From positions 28,593 to 92,592 of IMG/VR virus record IMGVR_UViG_2908873634_000001: a DNA stretch of 64,000 bases; one strand, given 5' to 3'. A program made the translations under genes and the position numbers. The notes below the pieces were generated by a model. It was not told where the DNA came from and did no database searches. It saw nothing but the letters and a program-made list of their open reading frames with translations. Each line of letters starts with the position of its first letter. Within the stretch, counting starts at the first letter, position 1. Of this stretch, positions 21,477 through 33,067 are shown piece by piece. This DNA is from a virus (Duplodnaviria > Caudoviricetes).

Positions 21477-21734
21477 TCAGGCGGGCCAGGTCTCGGGCGG
21501 CTCGACAACGAGCGGGGCCTCGCGGTCCACGCGAATGGCCTTGCTGCTGTATGCGGCAACCGGACGGCCTTCCTCAGTGACGAAGACCTGGTAGCAGATG
21601 ACGCGGTCTCCGTTCGGCTTCGTGTCGACGTGCAGGTTGCTGTGCAGAGGGACGGCGTTGGGGTTGATGCCGTTGGCGGTGAGCCAGTCGCAGATGGTAA
21701 GGCGGCGGGCTTCGCTAGGGCCGAGGACGGCCAT
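21477..21734 (-). CDS. Hypothetical phage protein
   Basis: AAGGAG RBS; CDWLTANGINPNAVP. Confidence 0.65.
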   Translation of the reverse strand: MAVLGPSEARRLTICDWLTANGINPNAVPLHSNLHVDTKPNGDRVICYQVFVTEEGRPVAAYSSKAIRVDREAPLVVEPPETWPA

Positions 21735-21735
21735 C

Positions 21736-22980
21736 TCAGCTCTCCTTCGGGTAGGGCCCGGCGGGGTCTCCGGGCTGGGCGGGGCATATGAACGGGTACG
21801 GCGGGTTGGTGCCGGAGCAGCCGGGGCAGTCCTCGGCATTGGCCTGGTTGCCGACGTGGACAGGCGGGGTCGTCTCCGTGGGTGTGGTGCGGGCGTCGAG
21901 GGCGGTCCGGGCTGCCGCGAGGCGGGCGCAGTGGCCGCACGGGCTGTCGTCCTTGCCCCAGCGGCCGGGGGTGAGGTGGGAGTGGCCGGGGCCGTCGTAG
22001 TCGAGGACGTAGCGCAGATGGCCAGCCATGGCAGCGAGCTCGGCCTCGGCCTTCTTGGCGTGCTGGAGGGCGGTTTCGAGGTCGGTGGCGTTCGTGCGGG
22101 CCTGCTGGCCGTCGCGGCGGGCGACTTCGAGCAGGGCGGCAAGGCGCCGTTCGGCGGTCTCGGCGCGTTTCTGCTCGGTGATGACCTGGGCGCGGAGGTC
22201 GGCCGCGAGCCGCTCGGCGCGGTTGGCGCCCTGCTCGGCGGCGACCACCGCGTTGACGGCGTTCTGGTAGTGGATGGCGATGTCGTCGGGCAGGTGCTGG
22301 GTGCGGGCGGCGGTGAGTTCGGTGCGGAGCTGATCCCGCTCGGCTCCGGCCTGGTTCATGAGCTGGATCGCACGGACCGCAACATCAGCGGCGCCTTCGA
22401 GGTCTCGGGCGCGCGCTTCGGCGACCTCGGCTCGGACGCGAAGCCGTTCCATCTCGGCGTCCCGGGTGGCGAGGACAGCGTCGGCGTGGGCGTACCAGAC
22501 GCTCCGGACGTGCTCCCACTCGGTGCCTTCGCCGAGGAAGGCCTTGGACCCGGCGTGTCCGGCGAGGGCTTCGGCGTACTGCTGGCGGAGGGCTTCGCGG
22601 GCCTCGTCGGCCGTGTGCCGGGGCTGGCGGGCTCGGGCCCGGCCGGGTCCCATGCGGCGCCGCCGATCTCCTTCCCGTTGACGACGAGCGGCCTCCGTGG
22701 GGCCGGTGTGCCCGACGTGGTCGGTGCAGATGGTCTCGGGGTACTGGTCGCAGGCGACGCCGCAGCGGGCGGGCTCGAGCTGGGCGGGCTCGCCTTCCTC
22801 TCGGGTACGTCGGACGGCCACGTCGACGAGCGCTTCCAGTCCCTGCGCGGCGGCCGGGCTGAGGTCCGGGCGGGCGTGGACGGTGATGGCGGTGGTGTCG
22901 CGGGGCGGGCAGTGGGCGGGCTCGCCGCAGTGGTCGCCGTCGGTGCAGGGAGGGCGGTGAGAGTGCTCGGGCACGGTCAT
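21736..22980 (-). CDS. Coiled-coil phage protein with Cys/His motifs
   Basis: Long helical region; terminal [15 protein letters not shown]. Confidence 0.6.
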   Translation of the reverse strand: MTVPEHSHRPPCTDGDHCGEPAHCPPRDTTAITVHARPDLSPAAAQGLEALVDVAVRRTREEGEPAQLEPARCGVACDQYPETICTDHVGHTGPTEAARRQREGDRRRRMGPGRARARQPRHTADEAREALRQQYAEALAGHAGSKAFLGEGTEWEHVRSVWYAHADAVLATRDAEMERLRVRAEVAEARARDLEGAADVAVRAIQLMNQAGAERDQLRTELTAARTQHLPDDIAIHYQNAVNAVVAAEQGANRAERLAADLRAQVITEQKRAETAERRLAALLEVARRDGQQARTNATDLETALQHAKKAEAELAAMAGHLRYVLDYDGPGHSHLTPGRWGKDDSPCGHCARLAAARTALDARTTPTETTPPVHVGNQANAEDCPGCSGTNPPYPFICPAQPGDPAGPYPKES

Positions 22981-23328
22981 CGGTCTCCGTTCAGGGCGCG
23001 GGCCACCGCGAGGGCGGGGTGGTCGTCGGGGATCAGGGGCGGGTCGTCGAAGAGCTGGGCCAGCCGGTCGGACATGGCGGCGTGGTAGTCGAGCCAGTCC
23101 GCGAGGGCGTGGCCGACGTCGGGGTCCATGAGGGCGATGTACGCGGCGTCGGCGCGTCCCTGCTCGCTGTCCTCCAGCCCGGCCCCGGTGCCGGGGTGGG
23201 AAGGCGACGTTCCACCCGAAGTCCCCGACGCCGCCCTCCGTCCACGGCCCGGGGCTGGCGGCGTCGGCGTGCTCGCGAAGCTTTTCGGCGGCAGCCCTCA
23301 GTTCGTCGGCGGGGCTGGGCTGGGTCAT
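22977..23328 (-). CDS. Ead/Ea22-like phage protein (frameshifted)
   Basis: [28 protein letters not shown]. Confidence 0.55.
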
Positions 23329-23931
23329 CGGTTCTCGTCCTCCTCGTCGATCCCGTCGCAGGCCGGCCGGTAGCACGCACGCTCGGGGTCCTGCCAGTGC
23401 TCCCGGTACGCGGCCAGGCCGGCAGCCAGCCAGTCGTCTCCGTCGGCGAACTGCGGGCGCCGCTCTTCCCAGTAGGCGACTGCCTTCCGGAGCGGCTCCA
23501 GGTCGTAGGCGGTGCTGAACCCTGGAGCTTGATGTACGAGATCCAGGAGCGGCGCTGATGCTCGTAGGACTGCCGGGTCAGGCTGTAGCCGCGGGCGGGG
23601 TCGATGTCGTCGCTGGTGTTCCCGCGGAGGATGCACAGGGCGGTGTGGGCGTCGGCCAGGGAGGTTCTTCGGTCGGCGATTTGTGCGGGTGTCAGAGTTG
23701 CCTGCTCTTCCATGTAGACCGCGGCCGCTCTCATCCGGGCCAGTGCGGTCATGTGCTGGACGCGGGGTGTGGCGGGCACGGCGGGCCAGCGCAGGGGCTT
23801 ACGTTCCGGGCCTGGCGTGGGCGGGGTCTCGGCCTGGGTGACCGGAGGGGTGCCGTAGTCGGCAAGGTCGCGGATGACGTTGATCTGCCGCGGGGGTCTG
23901 CGGTGAGTGGCAGTTCGAGCTGTAGCGTCAT
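23325..23931 (-). CDS. Hypothetical protein (frameshifted)
   Basis: ATGA coupling, stitched frames. Confidence 0.5.
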
Positions 23932-25287
23932 CGGTTCTCGTCCTCCTCGACGGTCCACGTGGTCGTCTCCCGCACGAGGCGGAACTCAGTGTCGGGGTGG
24001 CGTTCGCGGCGCTGGGCGAGGGTCTGGAGGGCGTCGTGGTGGTTGGAGTGGGTGAAGCCCCAGCCGATCCAGTTGTTGCCGTCCTTGCGGGCGACGTGCC
24101 ACCGCGTCTCGGCGGGCCGGGCTTCGGTGCCCGTCTGGGTGTCGTCCGGCCCGGCAGCGGGGCCGTGTCAACCCCGCTTGCAGGACGTGCAACGGGCGCG
24201 GCGTCCGACTGCTCGGGGTGCCCACCGGTGGGGTCAACGAAGGCGGTGCATCCGCAGCCGTCCTCTCCGGCCGTGACTCGGCAGCGGCCGCCGGCCACGT
24301 GCCAGTTGAGGGTGTGCGCGCAGTAGCCGCAGGGCGTGGCGAGGGACCAGGTGTCCGGCTGCTGTCCGCCGGCCTGACGCGCGGCTCCGTCGCCGTGGAG
24401 TTCGATCGTGAGCGGGGCGTTGAGGTACCGGAACGCGGCCTGGAGGACGCTGACCGGGTGGTCGGCGATGTGGCGGGCGAGCGCCCACGCGGCCGGGTTG
24501 TCCGGCTCACGGGGCTCGGCCTCGGGCTCCTCGGGGGCGGGCGGGCGGCGTCGGCCGCCTTCCCGTCCACGGCGATGTCCCGGCCGGTGGTGTCGATGCC
24601 GACGTGCTCCAGCAGGCCACGGAGACCGCTCCTGCGCTGGATGTGCCACACGTCGGAGTAGCCGAGCGTGCCGCCCTGGCAGGTCATCTTCGGGTGGCAG
24701 GCGGTCTCGGCGCCGACGAGGTTGAGGCACAGGCAGCGGTGCCAGCGCTTCAGGCCGTGCTCAACTCCCGCCTCGCATTCGGTGCCGGGATGGTGGGCGG
24801 TGTGGCCGCAGCCGGGGCAGGCGGGCTGCTGGTTGATGGCCTGACGGGCGGCGGCTTCGTCCATGTAGCAGGGCGCGCCTACGCGGTGGACGGTAAGCGG
24901 GGCGTTCGTCTCACCACAGCCGCATACGGCGGGGGCGGCGTGCCTGTCACACTCGCACCCTGTAGCGCCAGCGTCATGGATGCAGATCCCGCCGGAAGGC
25001 TCGCCGCAGCACGTATCGCGCTTCTTGGAGATGGGGGCGTCCTGACGGGCGGCTTCCGGTTTCCGGCGGCGCCAGTACGACTCCTCGGTGTAGTCGAACC
25101 GCTCCCAGCCCTTGCGGCCCATGTCGACGTTGCGCTCCCACGTGGTATCGGGCTCGCCGTCGTCGCCGTAGGGCGGCTCGTCCGAGTAGTCCCACTGCTT
25201 TCGGGGGCCTTCGGTGAGGGTGTACTCCCAGTCGGGGTGGGCGCAGCGGGCGTGGAGTTCGGCGTCGGTCGGGGTCTGGTCGGTCAT
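23928..25287 (-). CDS. Mosaic Cys/His-rich protein with N-terminal duplicated domain (frameshifted)
   Basis: Starts with the HPDWEY..YWRR domain, followed by several CxxC/H modules. Confidence 0.6.
25065..25269 (-). repeat. Copy 1 of an about 205-bp coding duplication (copy 2 at 53187-53391)
   Basis: About 90% identical by eye, mostly third-position differences. Confidence 0.9.
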
Positions 25288-25350
25288 GTCGGGTCTCCAG
25301 GGTGTGGGGGCCGCCCGGGTGCGGGGCGGCCCCAGAGGGACGGGCAGGGG

Positions 25351-25602
25351 TCAGGCAGTGAGGTGCTCGACGGCGTGGACCGCGCGGCCGGTCCACGAGA
25401 AGCGGCGGCCCTTCCCGGCCGGGCCCTTCGCCCGCTGCATGAGGCGCCAGACCTCGCCGGGCTGGTACTCGTCCCACCGGTAGTCGTAGCGGTCGCCGGC
25501 CCACTCGGTCTCGGCGGAGACCGCGTCGTTCTGGACGGCGTCGAGGGTGTCGGCGGCGGCGATGGGACGGTCGGCGAGGGTCGCGACGTAGGTGGTGGCC
25601 AT
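25351..25602 (-). CDS. Hypothetical protein
   Basis: AGGAG RBS, clean ORF. Confidence 0.65.
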   Translation of the reverse strand: MATTYVATLADRPIAAADTLDAVQNDAVSAETEWAGDRYDYRWDEYQPGEVWRLMQRAKGPAGKGRRFSWTGRAVHAVEHLTA

Positions 25603-25662
25603 CGTGTGCTCCTGGTGGGGGCCGGGCCGCAGGGGCGACCCGGCGTGGGACGGGCAAAGGGG

Positions 25663-25912
25663 TCAGGCGGCGGGGGTGACGGGCGGCAGGTCCGGGCGGA
25701 CGTCCTTCAGGTCGTCGGCCGTGATGTTCCGGTAGTGCTGCGCGTGGCCGTGAACCGCGCGCCGCAGCCTCCACCGGGGCGGGGCGCCCATCCGGAGATG
25801 TCGGTGTGGTGGGTCTTACTGGGAGGGTGGGCTTCCGGCATCCGTCGCAGTACGAGTCAGTGCGGTTGATGACGAGGGTGGCGGTCAGCTCGGGCTGCTC
25901 GGTGGCGGTCAT
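25663..25912 (-). CDS. Small Zn-binding protein (frameshifted)
   Basis: DSYCDGCRKP..GCGARF. Confidence 0.5.
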
Positions 25913-25991
25913 GGTCGGGGTTCTCCTCCGGGTCGGTAGGGTCTGGGCCGGGCCGCCTCGCACTTCGACTGCGGGGCGGCCTGCGGCGTGT

Positions 25992-26485
25992 TCAGATCCG
26001 GCTGGGGTGGGACGCGATGTCGGCGTCGGCCATCGCGGCCAGGCACTCCGCCTTCTGCTTCTCGTAGCTCTTGCCGGAGGCCTGCCCGGCGCGCTTGGCG
26101 AGCAGGTAGGCCTGCTCGTCCTCGGCGGTCGGCGCCTCGATCCGCAGGGCGTGCAGCACAGCGGCGAGGACGGTCCCCGGGTCGGCGTCGGGCTGGCCGG
26201 CGGCGCCCTCGATGGCGTGCCACGCGCGGTCGTGCTCCTGGACGGTGAGCTTGCGGGGCTGCTCGGCGCCGGGTGCTCGACGACCCACTGCCGCACGGTC
26301 TTCTCGACCTCCAGCAGGGCCGCGGCACCCTGCTCGCGGGCTGCGGTGTCCTGCGGGCTGTCGCTGGCCGCGCGCCACGCGTTCCGGAGCGACCGCTGGT
26401 AGGTCTTCAGCGGCCCGTTGAGGGTGTCGGCGAGGGCAGTGAGGGCGTAGATCTGGTCACGGGTGGGCTGCGGCTGCTCGGGCAT
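25992..26485 (-). CDS. Hypothetical protein (frameshifted)
   Basis: AGGAG RBS; AWHAIEGAAGQPDADPGTVLAAVL. Confidence 0.55.
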
Positions 26486-26536
26486 CGGTGTCTCCTGGGT
26501 GTGTGGGCGGGTGGAACCGGATTCAGGCGGCGGTGG

Positions 26537-27097
26537 TCAGTCCTCGTCGCCGGGAAGCGGGTGGCCGGCGGCGCGGAGCCGGTTGGCGAGGTCGTTGCAG
26601 TCGATGCCGCCGATGTCGTTGGACTCGACGACGTACTCGGTGACGATCCGCAGGACGTCGTTGCGCTGTTGTTCGGCGCGCTCGCGGAACTGGTGCGGGG
26701 TGGGGCTGGTGCGGCGCTGGATGGTGACGGTGTAGGAGTCGCGGGGGTCGGGGCCGTGCCGCAGGTCCATGGAGACGGACGGGGCGGTCATCTCGGTCTC
26801 GACGTAGTTCTCGGCGCCGTATCCGTCGAGGATGCCGCGCATTGAGGCGACGAAGATCTTGAGGATTTCGGTGGCCTCGGAGAGTTCGAGGGCGGCGACG
26901 CCGTCCTTGATGGTGAGGGAGCGCATCATCGTGCCGTCGACGAGGATCTCGGCGGCGAGGTCTCCGAGGGCTTCGAAGGCGCGGTCGGCCAGCTCGGCGG
27001 GGTTCGCGGAGGCGGGGCTGTTGGCGATGGCGGTCTCGATGGCGTTGCGGGCCTGTTTTCGGCGGGTGGCGCGCTGGGGTTCGGTCAGCTCGGGCAT
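26537..27097 (-). CDS. Hypothetical phage protein
   Basis: AGGAG RBS; AENYVETEM..YTVTIQR..TPHQ. Confidence 0.7.
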   Translation of the reverse strand: MPELTEPQRATRRKQARNAIETAIANSPASANPAELADRAFEALGDLAAEILVDGTMMRSLTIKDGVAALELSEATEILKIFVASMRGILDGYGAENYVETEMTAPSVSMDLRHGPDPRDSYTVTIQRRTSPTPHQFRERAEQQRNDVLRIVTEYVVESNDIGGIDCNDLANRLRAAGHPLPGDED

Positions 27098-27126
27098 GGG
27101 GTGCTCCTGGGTGGGTGCGGCAGGGG

Positions 27127-27907
27127 TCAGGCGGCAGATGCGGTAGTACGGCGGCGAGCAGCCCGGCATGGCTCACACGGTCGGGTGCCTTGCCGGTAGT
27201 GGGCCTGGTGGCCTGCGGGGGTACCGCACTGGCCGGTCCAGTCGGGGCGGCCATCGGATCGTCGATGGTGTCGTCGTCCCAGGCACCGATGGTGCCCACT
27301 GCCTGTCGCGTGCGATGCGGCAGGCTGCCTCTGCTCTGTGCAGTGGAATGCCTTCGGCGACAGGGTCAAGGCGCCACAGTTCGTCGTAGAGAGCGATGAC
27401 GGTACGAACGGTGCCTGCTTCGGACAGAGGACGGACGATGGTGCGGCCGAAGTTGCTTCGGTTCATGCCCAGCCGTCGCGCGAGCTCTGACTGTGTCCAT
27501 CCCTTGGCGACTAGGGCCTGGAGCCGGCGTCGGGTTCCGGTGCCGTCGATAGGGGTACGGGCGCCGAGGTTGTTGAGCGTCGGCTGAAGAGCGAGGAGTT
27601 TCACTGCGGTCGCGGGCCGTACTCGTTTGCTGGGTTCGAGGCCGCGGAGCCGGTCCCCGTACAGGAGCTTGGATACGCCTCCGGTGGAGACGCCGGCGAG
27701 TTTGGCGGCGCGCATCCATCCGATGCCGAACTCTCCGAGTGCTCGTACATGCTGGCGGACGGGTTCGGCGTCGACGAAGGGCGTCCAGCGGCCGTAGGCG
27801 ATGGCCCTGTACCGGTTGTTCTCGTAGTCGCGAGCGGCTCGGCAGCATGTTTCGCATCGACACTTTTCAAGGTGGTATTTCGCGTTGCCGTGGACGCGTT
27901 CCTGCAT
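27127..27907 (-). CDS. Actinophage double-HTH DNA-binding protein with Zn motifs (frameshifted)
   Basis: CRCETC; VDAEPVRQHV; GTRRRLQALVAKGWTQSELARRLG. Confidence 0.75.
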
Positions 27908-27939
27908 GGCGGTCTCCTTCAGGCGGGGCCGGCGGGGTG

Positions 27940-28379
27940 TCAGAACGACCAGTCGGTCGACCAGCCTCCGGTTCCACGGGGCTGCGGGACCAGCGGCGCA
28001 GGCCCTGACGCTTGAGCTGGAGCCGGTTGGAGATCCGCTCCCAGCGGGCGCAGGCGGTTGTGCCGCAGTCGAGGCAGTACGGTTCGGCGCTCTCTCCGTC
28101 GTACTCGGGGCCCAGCCGGTGGTGGCGTGATGCTGGGCGGGCGGCACGGCGGGCACGCATCCGGGCGAGGATCTGCGCCTGCGTCGGCGGCTCGTACTGG
28201 TGGTAGCCCTTGCCCGGGCGCCAGTACTGCCAGTGCGGGTTCGAGAGGCCGCACCAGCGGCAGCCGGACGGGACCGGCGGGTGACCGTCGGGGTAGTAAA
28301 TGTGGCCGCGGAGCATGCCGGTCTCGGGGTGCCGGTGGCCGTAGCCCCGAAGGTGCTTAAGCGGGTCAGGAGTGGTCAC
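27940..28379 (-). CDS. Cys/His-rich hypothetical protein (frameshifted)
   Basis: PSGCRWCG..PPTQAQILARMRARR. Confidence 0.6.
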
Positions 28380-28769
28380 TTGCTGGCCTCCTGGCCCTCG
28401 GTGGGCCGAACGGGATGGCGCCGGTGCGCTGCTCGGCGGGGACGATGACGGCGTTGTCGGGGAGTCGGTTACGCCAGTGGGTGGGGATCTCGCCCTGGCA
28501 CATGACGTTGTTGGAGGTCACCGTGCTGCCGTCGGCGAACTGGAAGGTGAAAAGCCGGCCTCCGAAGCCGAGGTACTGCGCCGGAGTGGTGTGGTCCATG
28601 GGGCGGATGACGTAGTGCAGGCCGCGGGCGCGGGCCACACGGTCGTCCGGGCTGCCCGGGGTGCGGGAGGGCACGGTGTCACCGTTGGCGGCCCAGGTGA
28701 CCTTCTCGTTCCAGAAGCGGCAGTCGAAGCAGTTGCCGGTGGTGCAGCAGGAACGGGCTGATCGGGCAT
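28376..28769 (-). CDS. Hypothetical phage protein (frameshifted)
   Basis: CFDCRFW..LGFGGRLFTF..TSNNVMCQGEIP..LPDNA. Confidence 0.65.
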
Positions 28770-28985
28770 GGCGGGCTCCTTGGTCGTCCTGAACAGAAGG
28801 GCGGGGCCGCGCGCCCCGGTCAGGGGTTCGGGGCGCGCGGCCGGGGTGGGCGGTCTCGACAGGCCTGCGGGGCACGAAGGGGTGTCGTGCGCCGTGGCGT
28901 GGAGTCCTGCCCGGGTGCCGACCGCCCGCGGGAGGGTGCAGACGGCCGGCGGGGCTCCCCTAGGGGTTGGGGAGCCGTCTAAGGG

Positions 28986-29486
28986 TCAGTACTTGGTGAC
29001 GAGGGTGCGGTAGTCGCGGCCGTCGAAGCCCCACAGGCGGGCGTGGCCACCGGGCTTGAGCGCCTCGGCGTACAGCTCCCGCTTGGCGTCGTCGACCTGG
29101 TCGGCGGTAAGGTCACGGCGGATCAGGCAGGGGACGGTGTAGCCGCGTCCGTGACGCTCGATGAGGCGGACCTCGTAGCGGGGCTCCATCGGCAGGGCGT
29201 CGGGGCCGTAGATGACGTAGGCGATGAAGCCGAGGTAAAGGTCGCCGACGAGGTGGATGGCGTGGGCGAGGCGGGCGATCTCGGCGTCTTCGGCGTCGGC
29301 CTGGGCCTGGAGGACGTCGGCCTGGTTCTGGAGGTGGTGGAGGTTTCCGCGGGTGTTGTGCTCGTCCTCCCAGGAGCGGAAGAGGCCGATCTGGACCTTG
29401 CCGGTGAGGGCGGTGATCTTGCGGTGGAGGGTGGCGAGTTCGGTGTGGAGGTCGCGGTGGTTGTGGAGCCCGAGGTTGGTGATCAT
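28986..29486 (-). CDS. Hypothetical protein, first gene after operator copy 1
   Basis: Clean 166-aa ORF. Confidence 0.7.
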   Translation of the reverse strand: MITNLGLHNHRDLHTELATLHRKITALTGKVQIGLFRSWEDEHNTRGNLHHLQNQADVLQAQADAEDAEIARLAHAIHLVGDLYLGFIAYVIYGPDALPMEPRYEVRLIERHGRGYTVPCLIRRDLTADQVDDAKRELYAEALKPGGHARLWGFDGRDYRTLVTKY

Positions 29487-29527
29487 GTTCCGCCCCTTGG
29501 ATTACAGTGGGTCGTTGTCGGCTCCAC

Positions 29528-29566
29528 CAGACTAACCCTTACCTGTTGCGTGCGCAACAGGTAAGG
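29528..29566 (-). promoter_or_regulatory. Promoter TTGCGC-N17-TAGTCT under a palindromic operator (copy 1)
   Basis: CCTTACCTGTTGCG-TG-CGCAACAGGTAAGG at 29537-29566. Confidence 0.8.
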
Positions 29567-29583
29567 CGGATACGGTACACGAA

Positions 29584-29613
29584 AGGGGCCCGATCCCTCA
29601 GGACCAGGCCCCT
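29584..29613 (-). terminator. Terminator after ssb
   Basis: AGGGGCC..GGCCCCT hairpin followed by TTTC on the minus strand. Confidence 0.6.
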
Positions 29614-29624
29614 CACCAACCCCC

Positions 29625-30149
29625 TCAGAACGGCGGCTCATCCGAGTAACCACCACCGCCACCCTGCTGCTGACCACCCGCCGAAACAGACGCCCACGGA
29701 TCCTCAGCCGGCGCACCACCACCCTGCCGACCACCAGAGCCACCGCTCTGCTGGCTACCACCCTGACTTCCCTGACCGCCACGGCCCGCAGCCTTCGTGA
29801 CCTTCGCCGTCGCACCCTTCAAGCTCGGGCCGACCTCCTCAACATCCAGCTCGTACACCGTGCGCTTCACCCCCTCACGGTCCTCATACGACCGCTGCCG
29901 CAGCCGGCCCTGCACGATGACCCGCATCCCCTTCTGCAGGGACTCCGCCACGTTCTCCGCCGCCTGCCGCCACACCACACACGGCAGGAACAGGCTGTCA
30001 CCGTCCTTCCACTCGTTCGTCTGCTTGTCGAACGTCCGCGGCGTCGACGCGATCCGGAACTTCGCCACCGCCGCACCCTGCGCGGTGAACCGCAGCTCAG
30101 GATCGTCCACCAGATTCCCAACCACCGTGATGGTCACTTCGCCTGCCAT
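29625..30149 (-). CDS. ssb: Single-stranded DNA-binding protein
   Basis: [16 protein letters not shown], Gly-rich linker, terminal DEPPF. Confidence 0.97.
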   Translation of the reverse strand: MAGEVTITVVGNLVDDPELRFTAQGAAVAKFRIASTPRTFDKQTNEWKDGDSLFLPCVVWRQAAENVAESLQKGMRVIVQGRLRQRSYEDREGVKRTVYELDVEEVGPSLKGATAKVTKAAGRGGQGSQGGSQQSGGSGGRQGGGAPAEDPWASVSAGGQQQGGGGGYSDEPPF

Positions 30150-30171
30150 GCCGCACTCCTCCGTGTGTAGG

Positions 30172-30950
30172 TCAGCTCGCTTGCTTCTCAGGGAACTGGT
30201 AATCGCCGGTCACCCAGTGCTCTCGGCTCCTGCGCGACGGGCCCTGACGCGGCGCCCGCACCGGACCCCCGTACTGCCCGTACCGGCGGCCCCGGCAGAT
30301 GTGCCCGATGTCCTCCGGCGTTGTGTCGTACTCCACCGCCAGCACGTGGTCCGACGTCCCCGCCACCGACCGAGTCCGCACATCCACGACCTCGAGCTCG
30401 GTGAACTCCCGGCCGTCCGACGGCCGCGGCATCTCCGGGAACACCCGGCCCTGCTCCTCGTACTCGCGGCGCATCCGGAGCACGAACCGCTGCGTCGACC
30501 CCTTGTAGAGCCCGTGCGCTTGGTCGACCTCCGCGTACTTCACGCCGTACCCGACCGCGCGGACGATCCCGTGGAGGCGTTCCTCGTCCGTCACCGTCAC
30601 CCGCCGGCCCCGCGCGTAGGCGGCCACCGCGACCTCGTCGACCTCGTCGACCATGTCCACCTCGTCGGCGATCTGCCGCAGGGTCCGCCGGTCCTCCTGG
30701 TCCGGCTCCACCGGCCGCCCGTACTCGTCGAAGTCCACCCACCCCCACAAGGCACCCAGGAACGGTCCGGATCAACCAGACCGGCCAGGACGACCGCGAG
30801 CGCCCCCGTCTGCATGAGGTCGAGCCGGCCGAGGAGCTCGGCCACGTCCTCGCGGCCACCGTCGCCCTGCACGATCGTCGCCAGCCGGGCAGCGACCGGC
30901 AGCATCTCCTCCGCGAGATCCCCGCACTCCTGCGCGCTCAACACGCTCAT
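30172..30950 (-). CDS. Hypothetical protein with HTH-like segments (frameshifted)
   Basis: Stitched from ORFs 30597-30950 and 30172-30750. Confidence 0.6.
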
Positions 30951-31413
30951 GCCGCGACCTCCGCGTCCTGCTGCGCGTCCTCGCAGTCGAACCGCGCGAG
31001 CGCCTTACGGACCACAGCCCGGTCGACACCGAGACGGGCCGCGATCTGCCGCAGCGGGATCCCCTTCCTGCGCCATAGGAGGATCCGGTCACGGGCCTCC
31101 ACGCACCGGTCCATGCCGCCACCCGGGCCCTGCGGGACGACCCGGATCAGCGGCCACCGCTCCTCCTCCGTCATGCCGCCCAGGACACCGAACTGCTCAC
31201 GGTTCTCCAGCGCCCAGTCCAGGCACTCTCGGCGGACGGGGCAGGACATGCACACCGTCTTCGCCTGCGTGGCCTGTTCCCGCGCGGCCCTGCTGATACC
31301 GACGGGGAAGAACAGCTCGGGGTCGGCGTACCGGCATTCGGCTTGCTCACCCCAGCGGGGGTCGCGCGTGGTCGTTGCGGCGGCTGTTATGGGAGGCTGA
31401 TTTCGGTGGTCAT
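30947..31413 (-). CDS. whiB: WhiB-family regulator with C-terminal HTH
   Basis: AECRYADPELFFP..AKTVCMSCPVRRECL..GVLGGMTEEER. Confidence 0.85.
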
Positions 31414-31918
31414 CGGGGGTCTCCGAGGGTGTAGAGGCGGATGACGGCGCCGGGCTCGGTGAGAGCGTCGGGGTGCTCGTTCGGGTAGACCTTGCGGCTG
31501 TGGTTCTCGATGACGGAGCCGTCGTCCTTCCACGCTTTGGCGGAGGTGATGGCGTCGTAGGTGGACCGCTCGAGCTTGTCGATGTCGGGCTTGACGTTCG
31601 GGTAGGTGCGTCGGCGCTTGGGGGCGCTGGCGGGCTTGGGCAGGGTGAAGGTGATGTGGGCGTAGACGGGGCCGGTGAGGGGCTGGGCCTTGCCTTTGGC
31701 GATGGCTTCTTCGATGGCCTTCTGGACCTTGTCGCGCCAGGGCTTGACCTTGTCGGATGACTCCTTCATGACGGTGACGAGTCGTCCGGTTCGGCGGCTG
31801 CGTCGCTGTCCGACGGCGGTCTTGCTGCCCTGAGGCCAGGGAGTCCGTGGACGGCGACGGTGAGGCTGGGCTCGGTCTTCCAGTCGTAGGTGCCGGTGAG
31901 GACGGGGGCGGTGGTCAT
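31410..31918 (-). CDS. rusA: RusA Holliday junction resolvase (frameshifted)
   Basis: KPDIDKLERSTYDAIT..WKDDGSV. Confidence 0.85.
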
Positions 31919-32109
31919 GGGGTGGGCTGCTTCCGGTGGAAGGGGCGGCTGGTGAGGTGCCATCCGCGGCAGGTGCGGCAGCGGTAGACGCGCTTCTCCT
32001 GCCGGTGCGGGTTGTTGCTGCGTTGGATGCGGGCGAGGACGATGTCTGCTCGGATCCGGTCGTAGTAGCGGCGCTTCCCTGTGGGGCACTGGCCGCATGG
32101 GCGGGTCAT
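31915..32109 (-). CDS. Small Zn-finger protein
   Basis: CPTGKRRY..RVYRCRTCRGWHLTS. Confidence 0.7.
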   Translation of the reverse strand: MTRPCGQCPTGKRRYYDRIRADIVLARIQRSNNPHRQEKRVYRCRTCRGWHLTSRPFHRKQPTP

Positions 32110-33067
32110 GGGGTGGCCGGGTAGTCGTCGTGGATGCGTCCGTCGAGTTCGCGGCCGGCGGCCTTCTTGCTGACGCGCTTCATTTCGACGCGGTGGCCGA
32201 GGTCGTCGACCGGTCGCCGACGGCGATGTTGCTCTTGGTGCGGGGCCGCCGATGACGAGATAGTCGGTGGGGATGTAGGCGCCCCACTGCTTGAACAGGT
32301 AGGGGATGCGTTCTTGGGCGCACTGGTCGCGGAGGGTGCGGAACCAGTCGGGGTGTGCGGGGCGGGCGCCGTGGCCGGACTCTCCACCTGCGACAACCCA
32401 GCGGAGGGCCTTGATGCGGCCGCTGTCGCAGTGGGTGTCGGCGCAGGGTCCGCAGGCTTCGTCGTGTCCTTCGCCGTTACAGCAGGGGCAGGGCTTCCAG
32501 GTGTAGTCGGTGATGTCGATGGGGCCGAGGAGGGGTTCGGCGCTGATCCAGCGGATGGTGGCGGGGGTGTCGAGGAGGGCGGGGATGCGGATGTCGGCCC
32601 ACTGCTGGTTCTCGACGGAGACGCCGAGCCACACGTTGGGCAGGGGCCAGGTCCAGGCCTCGGTGTGAGGCCCTTGCCGATGGCGCGGGAGCGGACCTGG
32701 TCGACGAAGGCCGGGTCGGCGAGGAGGCTGCGCATGCGGGCGTGCCGCTTGGTGAGGACCTGGAAGGTGTGACGGGGGCGGCAGCCATGACGGCGAAGAT
32801 GTCGGCGATCCAGGCGCGGTCGATGCCGGCGTGGAAGAGGTCGCTCATGGAGTTGACGAACACCTTGGCGGGCTTGCGCCAGGTGAGGGGCGTTGACCTT
32901 GTCGGGTCGGACCTGGATGTCGAAGCCGTGGGGAAGGCAGCCCCGCCGCGGAAGCGTTCGGCGATGGTGCGGGCGTAGCAGTTGTCACACCCAGCAGAGA
33001 TCTGGGTGCACCCCGTAACCGCATTCCACGTGCGGTCGGTCCACTCGATGTCCGTCTTGTCAGCCAC
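32106..33067 (-). CDS. DUF5131 (phage Gp37/Gp68) protein (frameshifted)
   Basis: IEWTDRTWNAVTGCTQISAGCDNCYA; FVNSMSDLFH; WVVAGGESG; FKQWG. Confidence 0.9.

Noticed and set aside
7205-31296. Long antisense or alternative-frame ORFs such as 7513-9075, 21598-23088, 24604-25869 and 29797-31296
   Set aside because: Typical high-GC shadow ORFs overlapping genes with better motifs, RBS and codon bias
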